Shown piece by piece: positions 20,307-29,735 of a stretch of DNA of 64,000 nt; the first letter of the stretch is position 1; each line of letters opens with the position of its first letter. The stretch is from Nitrospirota bacterium (GTDB lineage: Bacteria; Nitrospirota; UBA9217). The stretch covers positions 1,312,001-1,376,000 of the forward strand of contig CAWCKW010000012.1 in assembly GCA_963796285.1 (NCBI GenBank). The letters are read 5' to 3'. The notes under the pieces are model-generated. The model was not told where the DNA came from. It made no database searches and saw only the letters and a program-made list of their open reading frames with translations. Both the position numbers and the translations under genes were made by a program.

Positions 20307-21995
20307 ATGACTTCAATCACCAGACAAACAGGACGGCTTGAGATGCGGGACCTCATGATCCTGACCGTCCTGATCTGCCTCTTCTTTACCTTCATGCTCG
20401 GGAACCGTCCCCTGTCCGTGCCGGACGAAGGCAGGTATGTCGAGATCCCCCGCGAGATGGTGGCCACGGGGAACTATCTTACCCCCCGTTTGAACGGCGT
20501 CAAATACTTTGAAAAACCCGTTTTCTTCTACTGGCTCGAGGCCTTTTCGATCAAACTCTTCGGGCTGAACGAATTTACCCTTCGGCTCTGGCCTGCGCTG
20601 TTCGCGCTCTTCGGCTGCCTTGCCCTTGCCGTTGCCGGCGCGCGCCTGTTCGGACGCCTGACCGGCCTGCTTGGTGCAGCGGTTCTTGCCACGAGCCTCC
20701 TGTATTACGGCCTGAGCCGTGCGATCATCCTCGACATGCCCGTTTCCATTATGCTTACCCTGGCGCTCCTCTCCTTTCTTATGGGCACTCGCGAGGCCCC
20801 GGGGCTGAAACGCAGGCTCTATTTGTGGGGTTTCTACGCCTTTGCCGCGCTGGCGGTACTGACCAAAGGACTGATCGGCATCTTCCTTCCCGGAATGGTG
20901 GTCGGCGCCTGGATCCTGCTCCTGGGTGAATGGCGAATGCTCAAGACTCTATATGTCCCGTCGGGCCTTGCCCTGTTCCTGCTCATCGCAGCGCCGTGGC
21001 ATATCATGGTGGGCAATGCCAACCCCGGGTTTTACCAGTTCTACTTCATCCACGAGCACTTTGAGCGCTTCTTGACCAAGGTACATGGCCGGTACAAACC
21101 GTTCTGGTATTTTATCCCCATCGTGCTGCTGGGGCTGTTTCCCTGGAGCGCCTTTCTTGTTCAAGCGATCAAACATAACCTCCCGTCGACCTGGCGGGAA
21201 CGCCATGAACACCGGGACACGCTGTTTCTGATGCTCTGGGCCGGGCTCGTTTTTCTCTTTTTCTCGGCATCAGACTCGAAACTTGTTCCCTATATCCTGC
21301 CGGTCTTCCCGCCCCTTGCGCTTTTGATCGGACGCTATCTTGCCGCAGCCTGGGACAGCCGGGATTTCCCCGGCCTCCGCACAGGATTCTCGGTCTTCCT
21401 GGTTGCCTCGCTGCTGCTTGCCGCGGCGTTCATTGGCATGCCCTACTACTGGCCCATACCCGCCCAGGCGCATATACTCGGCGTGTACGGATATTCCATT
21501 GCCTTCACACTTGCCATCGGCGGCGCTGTCGCGTGGGTCCTGGCGCGGAAGCTCGTTTTCGGACCGGCCATGATCGCCGTGGCCATCACCTCGGTGCTGT
21601 TTCTCGTACAGGTAAACGCCGCTGCGCCCCGTGTCGATACCAAGTCGGTCAAACAGCTTGCGCTCGAGCTCAAGACCCGCCTCAAACCCGGGGACGAAGT
21701 GGCCAGCTACCAGGAATACTATCAGGACCTTCCGGTGTACCTTGAGCAGCGCATCACGGTGGTGGACTGGGGAGGCGAACTCAATTTCGGTATCAGCTTG
21801 GAAGATACCACGAAGGCGTGGATGACCGATGGCGACACGTTCTGGAAACGCTGGCAGGGACCAGCAACAATGTATGTGCTGACTAGAATGGAGAATTACG
21901 AAGCGCTGAAACAATCGATGCCGCGTCTTCCGTTGTTCCCGATCGCCCAGAACCGAAGGAATATCGTGCTGTCCAATAGAGAGGTCAAACCGTGA
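20307..21995 (+). CDS. arnT: Undecaprenyl-phosphate L-Ara4N transferase (GT83/PMT family)
   Basis: PDEGRYVEIPREM, YFEKP, LTKGLIG, many TM helices; operon context. Confidence 0.85.
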   Translation: MTSITRQTGRLEMRDLMILTVLICLFFTFMLGNRPLSVPDEGRYVEIPREMVATGNYLTPRLNGVKYFEKPVFFYWLEAFSIKLFGLNEFTLRLWPALFALFGCLALAVAGARLFGRLTGLLGAAVLATSLLYYGLSRAIILDMPVSIMLTLALLSFLMGTREAPGLKRRLYLWGFYAFAALAVLTKGLIGIFLPGMVVGAWILLLGEWRMLKTLYVPSGLALFLLIAAPWHIMVGNANPGFYQFYFIHEHFERFLTKVHGRYKPFWYFIPIVLLGLFPWSAFLVQAIKHNLPSTWRERHEHRDTLFLMLWAGLVFLFFSASDSKLVPYILPVFPPLALLIGRYLAAAWDSRDFPGLRTGFSVFLVASLLLAAAFIGMPYYWPIPAQAHILGVYGYSIAFTLAIGGAVAWVLARKLVFGPAMIAVAITSVLFLVQVNAAAPRVDTKSVKQLALELKTRLKPGDEVASYQEYYQDLPVYLEQRITVVDWGGELNFGISLEDTTKAWMTDGDTFWKRWQGPATMYVLTRMENYEALKQSMPRLPLFPIAQNRRNIVLSNREVKP

Positions 21996-22357
21996 GCTAT
22001 CTTCCCCTGATCATGCTCGGCGTGCTGCTGAACGCCGCTGCGCAGTTATTCCTCAAAGAGGGAATGCGCAGGATAGGACACTTCGAATTTATCTGGGCCA
22101 ATGCCGTTCCGATCGCCATGCAGGTTGCGGGAAATGTCTTCGTCCTGGGCGGCCTGCTCTGCTATGTCATCAGCGTCGCGGTCTGGCTCCTGGTCCTGTC
22201 GCGGGTCGAAGTGAGCTTCGCCTATCCCCTCTTAAGCGTGGGATATATCGTGAACGCCGTGGCGGGGTACTACCTGTTCCAGGAGAACCTTTCGATCATG
22301 CGCATTACGGGGATCTTGATCATCTGCGTGGGCGTGTATTTTGTGACGAAGAGTTAA
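21992..22357 (+). CDS. SMR/EamA-type undecaprenyl-P-Ara4N flippase (ArnE/F/G-like)
   Basis: 4 TM helices, AQLFLK.G, SFAYPLLS.GY; operon context. Confidence 0.8.
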   Translation: MSYLPLIMLGVLLNAAAQLFLKEGMRRIGHFEFIWANAVPIAMQVAGNVFVLGGLLCYVISVAVWLLVLSRVEVSFAYPLLSVGYIVNAVAGYYLFQENLSIMRITGILIICVGVYFVTKS

Positions 22358-22375
22358 CGAAGAGTTAACAGATAG

Positions 22376-22482
22376 TCTCACGTCTCAAAGTTTAAAGTCT
22401 CAAGTTAGTTACGAACCTACGACCTAAGACTTGAAACTAAACTTGAAACCTGAGACTTGAAACTTGAACTTGTAACTTTGTA
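22376..22482. repeat. Palindromic element with heptamer tandem arms (GTCTCAA / TTGAAAC)
   Basis: GTCTCAC GTCTCAA AGTTTAA AGTCTCAA ... AGACTTG AAACTA AACTTG AAACCTG AGACTTG AAACTTG. Confidence 0.7.
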
Positions 22483-22500
22483 ATTCGTAAAGGATAACCA

Positions 22501-23664
22501 ATGTCGAACGAAGAATTTTTGCCCTTCTCACGGCCATCCATCAGCCAGGCTGCCATCGATGAAGTGGTGACGTGCCTGAAATCGGGTTGGATCACCACCG
22601 GGCCACGGGTCAAGCAGTTCGAGGCGGATCTGAAATCTTACCTCGGCGCTCCGCACGTGCTTGCGCTCACGTCGGCCACGGCGGGCCTGCACCTCGTGCT
22701 TGTTGCACTGAACCTGACACCGGGGGACGAAGTGATCACCACTCCCATGACCTTTGCCGCGACTTTGAACACTATCGTGCTCGCCGGCGGTAAACCGGTC
22801 CTCGTGGACGTGGAGCCCGGCACCTACAACATGGATGTGACAAAGATAGAGAAAGCGATCACGAAGCGCACGCGCGCCATCATGCCGGTGCACTTTGCGG
22901 GACTGCCCGTTGACCTCGATCCGCTCTACGCGATCGCGAAAAAGCACAACCTGCGCGTGATCGAGGACGCGGCGCACGCCATCGGCACGGAGTATAAGGG
23001 CAGGCGCATCGGCAGCTTCGGCGATGTCCAGGTCTTCAGCTTCCACCCCAACAAGAACATGACCACCGGCGAGGGCGGGTGCGTAGCAACGCGGGACGAG
23101 AAACTTGCCTCCGATGTAGCGCTTCTGCGCTTCCACGGCATGGACCGTGAGGCATGGAACCGCTTCGGCAAAAAAGGCACCCAGCACTACGAGATCATTA
23201 CGCCGGGGTACAAGTATAACATGATGGACATCCAGGCCGCGCTCGGCCTGCACCAGCTCAAGCAGCTCGAAGGCTTTATCAAGCGACGTACCACGATCGC
23301 CCTGCGCTATCAAGAGGCCCTTGCGGACTGGCCGCAGTGGACCCTGACCAGGGCGCCTGCGTATCCGCATCTTCATGCGTGGCACCTGTATACGCCGCTC
23401 ATTAATCCCGATGTCGCGAAGATGGACCGCGACGCCTTCATGGAGGGCATGAAAGAGCGCAATATCGGCACGGGCCTGCACTATCAGGCCGTGCACCTCT
23501 ATCCTTACTACCGTGAGCACTTCGGCTTCAAGCGCGGCGATTTTCCGAATGCCGAAACAATTTCAGACCGCATCGTTAGCCTGCCGCTCTTCCCGGCCAT
23601 GACCGATGCGGACCAGGACCGCGTGATCAAGGCCATGGCAGATCTGTTCGGGAGGAAAGATTAA
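22501..23664 (+). CDS. arnB: UDP-4-amino-4-deoxy-L-arabinose aminotransferase (DegT family)
   Basis: SGWITTGP, IEDAAHAIG, FSFHPNKNMTTGEGG, PGYKYNM. Confidence 0.88.
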   Translation: MSNEEFLPFSRPSISQAAIDEVVTCLKSGWITTGPRVKQFEADLKSYLGAPHVLALTSATAGLHLVLVALNLTPGDEVITTPMTFAATLNTIVLAGGKPVLVDVEPGTYNMDVTKIEKAITKRTRAIMPVHFAGLPVDLDPLYAIAKKHNLRVIEDAAHAIGTEYKGRRIGSFGDVQVFSFHPNKNMTTGEGGCVATRDEKLASDVALLRFHGMDREAWNRFGKKGTQHYEIITPGYKYNMMDIQAALGLHQLKQLEGFIKRRTTIALRYQEALADWPQWTLTRAPAYPHLHAWHLYTPLINPDVAKMDRDAFMEGMKERNIGTGLHYQAVHLYPYYREHFGFKRGDFPNAETISDRIVSLPLFPAMTDADQDRVIKAMADLFGRKD

Positions 23665-23670
23665 GTCGTC

Positions 23671-23754
23671 ATCACGAATAACACGAATGGTCGAATTGCA
23701 CGAAGCAAAACTTAGACCTTTTCGTGAAATTCGTATCTTCGTGCAATTCGTGTT
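23671..23754. repeat. Palindromic element with CACGAAT tandem arms (copy 1)
   Basis: CACGAATAACACGAATGGTCGAATTGCACGAA ... TTCGTGAAATTCGTATCTTCGTGCAATTCGTG. Confidence 0.8.
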
Positions 23755-23795
23755 AACGCTTTGCTTTGGCTTATTCAGTTGAGGAGAAGCAGTCC

Positions 23796-24738
23796 ATGGT
23801 AAAACCATATGTCAGCATCGTGATCCCGGTTTACAATGAGCAGGAGAACCTCGAAGCGCTTTACTCGCGCCTGATCGCCGTCATGGACAAGATCGGGAAA
23901 CCCTTTGAGATCCTGTTCACAAACGACGGCAGTCGCGACCACTCCGGTGCGATGCTGAAGGAATTTCACCACCGCCGTCCGAAAGAGGTGCGCGTCATCG
24001 ACTTTAACGGGAACTTCGGCCAGCACATGGCCATCATGGCCGCCTTCGAGCGGGTGCGCGGCGATGTCGTCGTGACGCTCGATGCAGACCTCCAGAACCC
24101 GCCCGAAGAGATCCCCAAGCTGCTCGCCGCGATCGAGGCGGGCCACGATGTGGTAGGCGGCTATCGTAAAGATCGGAAGGACACCTTCTTTCGGAAATAT
24201 GCTTCAAAGATGATCAACGGCATCCGCGCCAGGATAACGAACATCCGCATGAAGGACCAGGGGTGCATGCTTCGCGCGTACCGGAAGAACATCGTGGAAA
24301 GCATCATTGCAAGCGGCGAGACCTCGACCTTCATTCCTGCCCTCGCGTACAGCTTTGCAGCCAACCCTGCCGAGGTGGAGGTCGAGCACGCGGCGCGCAC
24401 AGCGGGAGAATCAAAGTACCGGCTCTATGACCTGATCCGGTCTGAACTTCGATCTCATGACCGGGTTCTCCGTCGTACCGCTCCAGATGTTCACGCTCTT
24501 CGGCATGGTCGTGTCATGCCTGAGCATTCTGTTCGTGATCTACCTGTTCATCCGTCGTCTGATGATCGGTCCCGAGGCCGAGGGTCTGTTCACCCTCTTT
24601 GCGATCCTCTACTTCCTCGTGGGCGTCGGCATCATGGGCCTCGGCATTATCGGCGAATACATCGGCCGAATCTATAAGGAAGTGAGGCGCAGACCGCGGT
24701 TCGTGATCCGCGAAGTCTACGAAAAGCTCAATGACTAA
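23796..24738 (+). CDS. arnC: Undecaprenyl-phosphate Ara4FN transferase (GT2; frameshift near 24440)
   Basis: SIVIPVYNE, NFGQHMAIMA, LDADLQNPPEEIP, GEYIGRIY.EVR.RPRF. Confidence 0.88.
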
Positions 24739-25632
24739 ACCCGCACTACTCGTTTTCGCGTACCACGATGTCGGCTATGAATGCCTGGATGCCCTGATCC
24801 AGAACGACGAGTACATTCTCGCCGTCATCACCCACAAGGACAATCCGGAGGAGGAGATCTGGTTTCGGTCCGTGGCGAAGCTGGCCAAGAAGTACGATAT
24901 CCCCGTGCATACGCCCGAGTCGATGAACACGCCCGACTGGATCGAGCGGATACGTTCATGGGCGCCGGACCTCATTCTTCTCGTTCTACTACCGCAACAT
25001 GATACATGAGGAGATCCTGAAGATCCCGCGCCTCGGCGCCTTCAACATGCACGGTTCACTCCTCCCGAAGTACCGCGGCCGCGTACCGATCAACTGGGCC
25101 ATACTGCACGGAGAAAAAACAACCGGCGTGACGCTTCATCACATGGTCAAGCGCGCCGACGCCGGAGACATCGTTGATCAGGAGGCGGTACCCATCGGTC
25201 CTGATGACACGGCACAGGAGGTGTTCAGCAAGTGCGTAACGGCGGCGCGCCTCGTACTCCTGCGCCAGATCGAAGCGCTGACCACGGGGACAGCCCCGCG
25301 GCGCGCACAGGACGAATCGCAGGCGACCTATTTCGGCGGCAGGAAACCCGAGGACGGACAGATCGACTGGACTCAGAGCGCGGAAAATATATATAACCTC
25401 ATTCGCGCCGTGACCCAACCTTATCCCGGGGCCTTCACGCAGGTGGATGGGAGCAAGCTGTTCATCTGGTGGGCAAAGCCGCTCAAGGAATCCGAGCGGC
25501 GCGCCGGGACAGGTCATCTCAACCGATCCTCTGATCATCGCGACTGGTGCCGGAAGCCTTGAGATCGTGAACTATGAGTGGGAGGATGAAGAAGAGCGCG
25601 AATTGAAAGCGGGCCAGGTACTGGGTACCTAG
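24731..25632 (+). CDS. arnA: UDP-L-Ara4N formyltransferase (stand-alone ArnA N-domain; frameshifts near 24980 and 25500)
   Basis: VFAYHDVGY.CL, FNMHGSLLPKYRGRVPINWA, YFGGRKPEDG.IDW. Confidence 0.85.
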
Positions 25633-25696
25633 TTCCGCTACCGGCAGCCAATACTTATCCACACCTGACCCGGACAAGTTGGAACCCTAATCTTTT

Positions 25697-25783
25697 AACA
25701 CGAATTTCACGAATGATCCGAAGGCCACGAAGAGAAAATTCTTGCTTTATTCGTGTAATTCGTCCATTCGTGCCATTCGTGAT
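25697..25783. repeat. Palindromic element with CACGAAT tandem arms (copy 2)
   Basis: AACACGAATTTCACGAAT..CCACGAA ... TTCGTGTAATTCGTCCATTCGTGCCATTCGTG. Confidence 0.8.
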
Positions 25784-25893
25784 AACGTTTGCGTGATGTT
25801 CTTATCACTTTAGAATAATTTGATTCATAACCACCTGACTTCCCATCACTGGGGAGGCAAGCACTACATGAACAGAAAAGAATGGAGCAAATC

Positions 25894-26934
25894 ATGAGCC
25901 TCAAGATATTGATCCTCGGCGTAAACGGTTTTATTGGAAGCAGCTTGACCGAACACATCCTGAACAACAGGGACTGGGAAGTCTACGGCATGGACATGGC
26001 CGCGGACAAGATTGATCAGTGCCTGGGGCATGATCGATTTCATTTTGTCGAAGGCGATATCACGATCAACAAAGAATGGATCGAGTATCATGTAAAGAAA
26101 TGTGACGTCGTATTGCCCCTCGTGGCCATTGCGACGCCGGCGACCTACGTGATCGATCCGTTGCGCGTGTTCGAGCTGGATTTTGAGGCCAACCTGGACA
26201 TCGTGCGCAAATGCGTGCGCTATAAAAAGCGGGTCCTCTTCCCGTCCACGTCGGAAGTGTATGGCATGAGCACGGACAGGGAATTCGATGAAGAGACCTC
26301 GAACTTCGTACTCGGTCCCATCAACAAGCAGCGCTGGATCTATGCCTGTTCCAAACAGCTCATGGACCGGGTCATCCACGCCTACGGCATGAAGCAAGGG
26401 CTCACGTATACGCTCTTCCGGCCCTTCAACTGGGTCGGTCCCAAGCTCGACAACATCCTTGAACCCAAGGAGGGCAGCTCGCGCGTGCTCACCCAATTCA
26501 TCGGCAACATCCTGCGCAGCAGGGACATCCAGCTTGTGGACGGCGGCCTGCAGCGCCGCAGCTTCACCTATATCGACGACGGGATCGACGCCCTGATCCG
26601 CATCATCGAGAACAAGGACCATGCGGCCGACAGCCGCATCTTCAACATCGGGAATCCGAAAAACGACATATCCATCAGGGAGCTTGCTGAAACACTGATC
26701 GAGCTCATCAAGACCTACCCGAAATACGCAACACTCGCCGAAAAAGTAAAGCTCGTCACGATCAAATCAGGTGCATATTACGGTGATGGCTATCAGGACA
26801 TCCAGACCCGTGTGCCATCCATCAAGAACGCGGAGACATATCTGGGCTGGAAACCGACCACGGACCTGAAGACGGCGCTCCGGAAAACCCTGGACTATCA
26901 CCTCGGCAGGCCATCGAGCGAGCTGAGCGAATAG
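25894..26934 (+). CDS. arnA: UDP-glucuronate oxidase/decarboxylase (stand-alone ArnA C-domain)
   Basis: [55 protein letters not shown]. Confidence 0.9.
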   Translation: MSLKILILGVNGFIGSSLTEHILNNRDWEVYGMDMAADKIDQCLGHDRFHFVEGDITINKEWIEYHVKKCDVVLPLVAIATPATYVIDPLRVFELDFEANLDIVRKCVRYKKRVLFPSTSEVYGMSTDREFDEETSNFVLGPINKQRWIYACSKQLMDRVIHAYGMKQGLTYTLFRPFNWVGPKLDNILEPKEGSSRVLTQFIGNILRSRDIQLVDGGLQRRSFTYIDDGIDALIRIIENKDHAADSRIFNIGNPKNDISIRELAETLIELIKTYPKYATLAEKVKLVTIKSGAYYGDGYQDIQTRVPSIKNAETYLGWKPTTDLKTALRKTLDYHLGRPSSELSE

Positions 26935-26976
26935 TCGTTCCCCTCACCTGACCGTAGAATCAGGCAAATACCTTTG

Positions 26977-27058
26977 CACCGCGAAGGCGAGAACGAGTGC
27001 GAAGGGTTAACGTCAAATTAATTGAGGCTTTTCTTCGCAACCGTTGCGACTTTTCGGT
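26977..27058. repeat. Degenerate palindromic element (CGCGAAG-type arms)
   Basis: CACCGCGAAGGCG..GCGAAG ... CTTCGCAACCGTTGCGACTTTTCGGT. Confidence 0.5.
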
Positions 27059-27095
27059 AAATTTTGTTCGTTTTTTAGAGATATCCGAACGCGAT

Positions 27096-27999
27096 ATGAC
27101 CACTCCCCTTCTCGCCATCAAGATCGACGTCGACACCGACCGGGGCACGCGCATCGGCGTGCCGAATCTCCTTGACCTCTTTGACGAGTTCAACATCAAG
27201 GCCACGTTCCTCTTCTCCCTCGGCCCCGACAACACCGGCCGCGCGATCAAGCGCATCTTTCGTCCCGGGTTCCTGAGCAAGGTCAGCCGCACCAGCGTGG
27301 TTTCCACCTACGGCACTCCGCACGCTTCTGAACGGCGTGCTTCTGCCTGGTCCGCACGTCGGCCGCCGGAACGAAGGCGTCATGCGCCTTGCGCGCGACA
27401 GGGGTCATGAGGTCGGCATCCATTGCTACGACCATATCCGCTGGCAGGACGGCCTCGCGAAAATGACCCGCGATGAGGTGTACGAGGAGTTCGGCAAGGC
27501 CCGGAAGGAATTCGAACGGATCTTCGGGGAGCCGGCAAAGACCGCGGGCGCCGCAGGGTGGCAGGCAAACAGCTTCAGTCTTGCAGCCTACGACGACGCA
27601 CAGCTTCTTTACGCAAGCGACGCGCGTGGTACGCATCCATTCATCCCCCGCTGTGGCGGAACGGTATACAAGACACTCCAGATACCGACCACGCTTCCGA
27701 CGCTGGATGAACTGCTCGGCAGGCCTGAATATCCCGAGGAACGCATCGCAGAGTATTACCTTTCGCTACTGGTGCCGAACAAATTGAACGTCCTCACCAT
27801 CCACGCCGAGCTCGAAGGCATGAGGCAGATCACCCTGTTCAGGTCTTTGCTCGAACAGGTCCGGGAACGCCAGATACAAGTCAAAAAACTCGATGACCTT
27901 GCCGTCAACCTTCTTAAAAACCCATCTTCCATACCCATGTGCGACCTTATCTCCGGCACGGTTGACGGAAGAAGCGGCACGCTGGCTGTGCAGGCATAG
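27096..27999 (+). CDS. arnD: Ara4FN deformylase (polysaccharide deacetylase fold; frameshift near 27315)
   Basis: KIDVDT.RGT..GVP, FSLGPDNTGR, HEVGIH..DH..WQ, PTTLPTLDE, TIHAELEG. Confidence 0.85.
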
Positions 28000-28282
28000 T
28001 GATGCCCGTTCACCTGATCAGCTGTCAAGCCGCATGCAGTTTCTAAGCAGAGCATCAAGCCATAGCGAACTGAATATTATTATTTGTAACATTGAGTTTG
28101 TGATATAGTTCGTCTTGCAATGACTTCTTCCTGAAGTTGATAATTGCCATTATTCGTAACACATCAAGTATCATCCAATAACTGTTAACATCTGCCCGTA
28201 ATACACCTGCTTGATCTCGTTGACATATCACAACAGAAAGCATATATTCGTGGCATAATGTAACAATAATAACAATCGGCAA

Positions 28283-28351
28283 ATCTGACTACCTGACTAT
28301 GCACTCATTTTGCGTTGCTCAGTAGGGGGTCTACTCAATAATTGGTTAGAC
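28283..28351 (+). other. Possible degenerate integron attC site (upstream)
   Basis: ATCTGAC ... GTTAGAC, imperfect inverse-core/core pair about 69 bp apart, at the edge of an AT-rich gene. Confidence 0.3.
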
Positions 28352-28437
28352 AATTTGTTTTACCGCTAACATCTGCTTCAGTATTCCTGAGAAGTGTTAC
28401 CGCATATCTTAAATTGGAATTACTGTGAGGTGAGTAA

Positions 28438-29140
28438 ATGGGAGAGAGCCCTTCAGAAAGTGCCTGGGAAGTGACAGCTGCGCGTTACGTTGCGTATTTT
28501 GACATTATGGGTTTTAAAGACATGGTATTACGCATATCCCATAATGAAATATACGAAATGATGAAAAAAATCGGCATAAGAATAAAAGCTCCACAAAAGT
28601 ATACAATGGCAAGGCTTACCCAAAGAACTTATAAAAACTACTAGCTATTCTGACAGCATCATTATTTATTCAAAAGATAATAGTGATGATTCAAAATACG
28701 CATTATTCGCTACAGTTGCCGGATTAACTAATGATTTGCTTAGCGAAGCCATTCCTCATAAGGGAGCCGTTGCTTTCGGGATGATGACATTAGATTCGGA
28801 TATTTCAATTTTTTTTGGCCAGCCGTTAATTGATGCTTATCTTTTACAAGAAGAATTAAACTTTTATGGAGTTGTTGTTCACGCTACCGCTGAGCAAGAA
28901 GTTGAGAAGAGCAAGGGTGGATTGGTACCATTTTATGCAAGCTACGATTGTCAATTTAAAAAAGGGCATTCAACTCATATGGTAATCGCTCCGGGCTTTG
29001 TGGTTGCAAGTACACCAGAATACCAGCCGTATTGTGATAAACTTTTCGCATCATTTAAACAATTGCGATTCAAAACCTCAGGACACCTTAGAACGTACAT
29101 AGATAATACCGAATTGTATACTCACTACTATAAAGAATAA
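28438..29140 (+). CDS. AT-rich class III nucleotidyl-cyclase-like protein (frameshift near 28580-28640)
   Basis: YVAYFDIMGFK, then YSDSIIIYS, P(H)KGAVAFG and FFGQPLIDAYLL.E in the second frame. Confidence 0.55.
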
Positions 29141-29196
29141 ATTTAAAATCACGTAAAGATCTTGCAGCAATACCAAGGAATACTTTCCGAAAAATA

Positions 29197-29251
29197 TATA
29201 AACAATCGTTCCAGGACGAGCGCTACGCGGTATGTGAACTCGTCGTTATGT
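29197..29251 (+). other. Integron attC-like recombination site
   Basis: TAAAC-AATCG-TTCCAG..CGCTACGCG..TGAA-CTCGTC-GTTATGT: R''/L''/L'/R' layout with 5- and 6-nt spacers. Confidence 0.55.
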
Positions 29252-29586
29252 GCAAGTTATTACCAGTATTTGACAATTGTTTTCGTTGACTGAAATTACA
29301 CTGTAGTAGGTGTTCATAACAGGGCTTTGATCTGATAGAGTCGAAGAATATCGTTTGAAACATGCAGTGCGTGATTCTTCCTGTACTAAACAACAGTTGC
29401 ATCTTTTGGAAAGTGCAGTTTTTTCATCTAGAAGTTGTTAGCGCATGCCTCATAACTTTCCTTTTTATTTTGTTGTTTTCCTTCTTGGCAACTGATGAAT
29501 AATCAACCAGAACTCATTAGTGTATACCATTAAAATACCCAATCGGCTTGACAAATCCTCATGTCTGTGCTTGTATCTAAGTAGTT

Positions 29587-29667
29587 CTCGATAAAGCCAA
29601 ACCCTTCGCGAGAGGGGGACGGAAAACAACGGGTCTTAGAAATCCAAGACGGCCGAGCTACCGAAGG
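29587..29667 (+). promoter_or_regulatory. Cyclic di-GMP-I (GEMM) riboswitch aptamer
   Basis: AAGCCAAACC-CTTC-GCGA-GAGG-GGGACGGAAA..GGGTCTT..AAGACGGCCGAGCTACCG; GNRA loop and GEMM consensus. Confidence 0.85.
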
Positions 29668-29697
29668 ATGTTATATGAGGTAGGTTCGGCTTTTTTA
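29652..29697 (+). terminator. Riboswitch expression-platform intrinsic terminator
   Basis: GCCGAGCTACC (29652-29662) pairs with GGTAGGTTCGGC (29679-29690), followed by TTTTTT. Confidence 0.75.
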
Positions 29698-29735
29698 TTT
29701 GGATCCTGGCGGTCTAAATAAAAAAGGAGGAAGAT

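Noticed and set aside
28055-28282. Small AT-rich ORFs here and at 31613-32427
   Set aside because: No recognisable domain or RBS; probably decayed accessory DNA.
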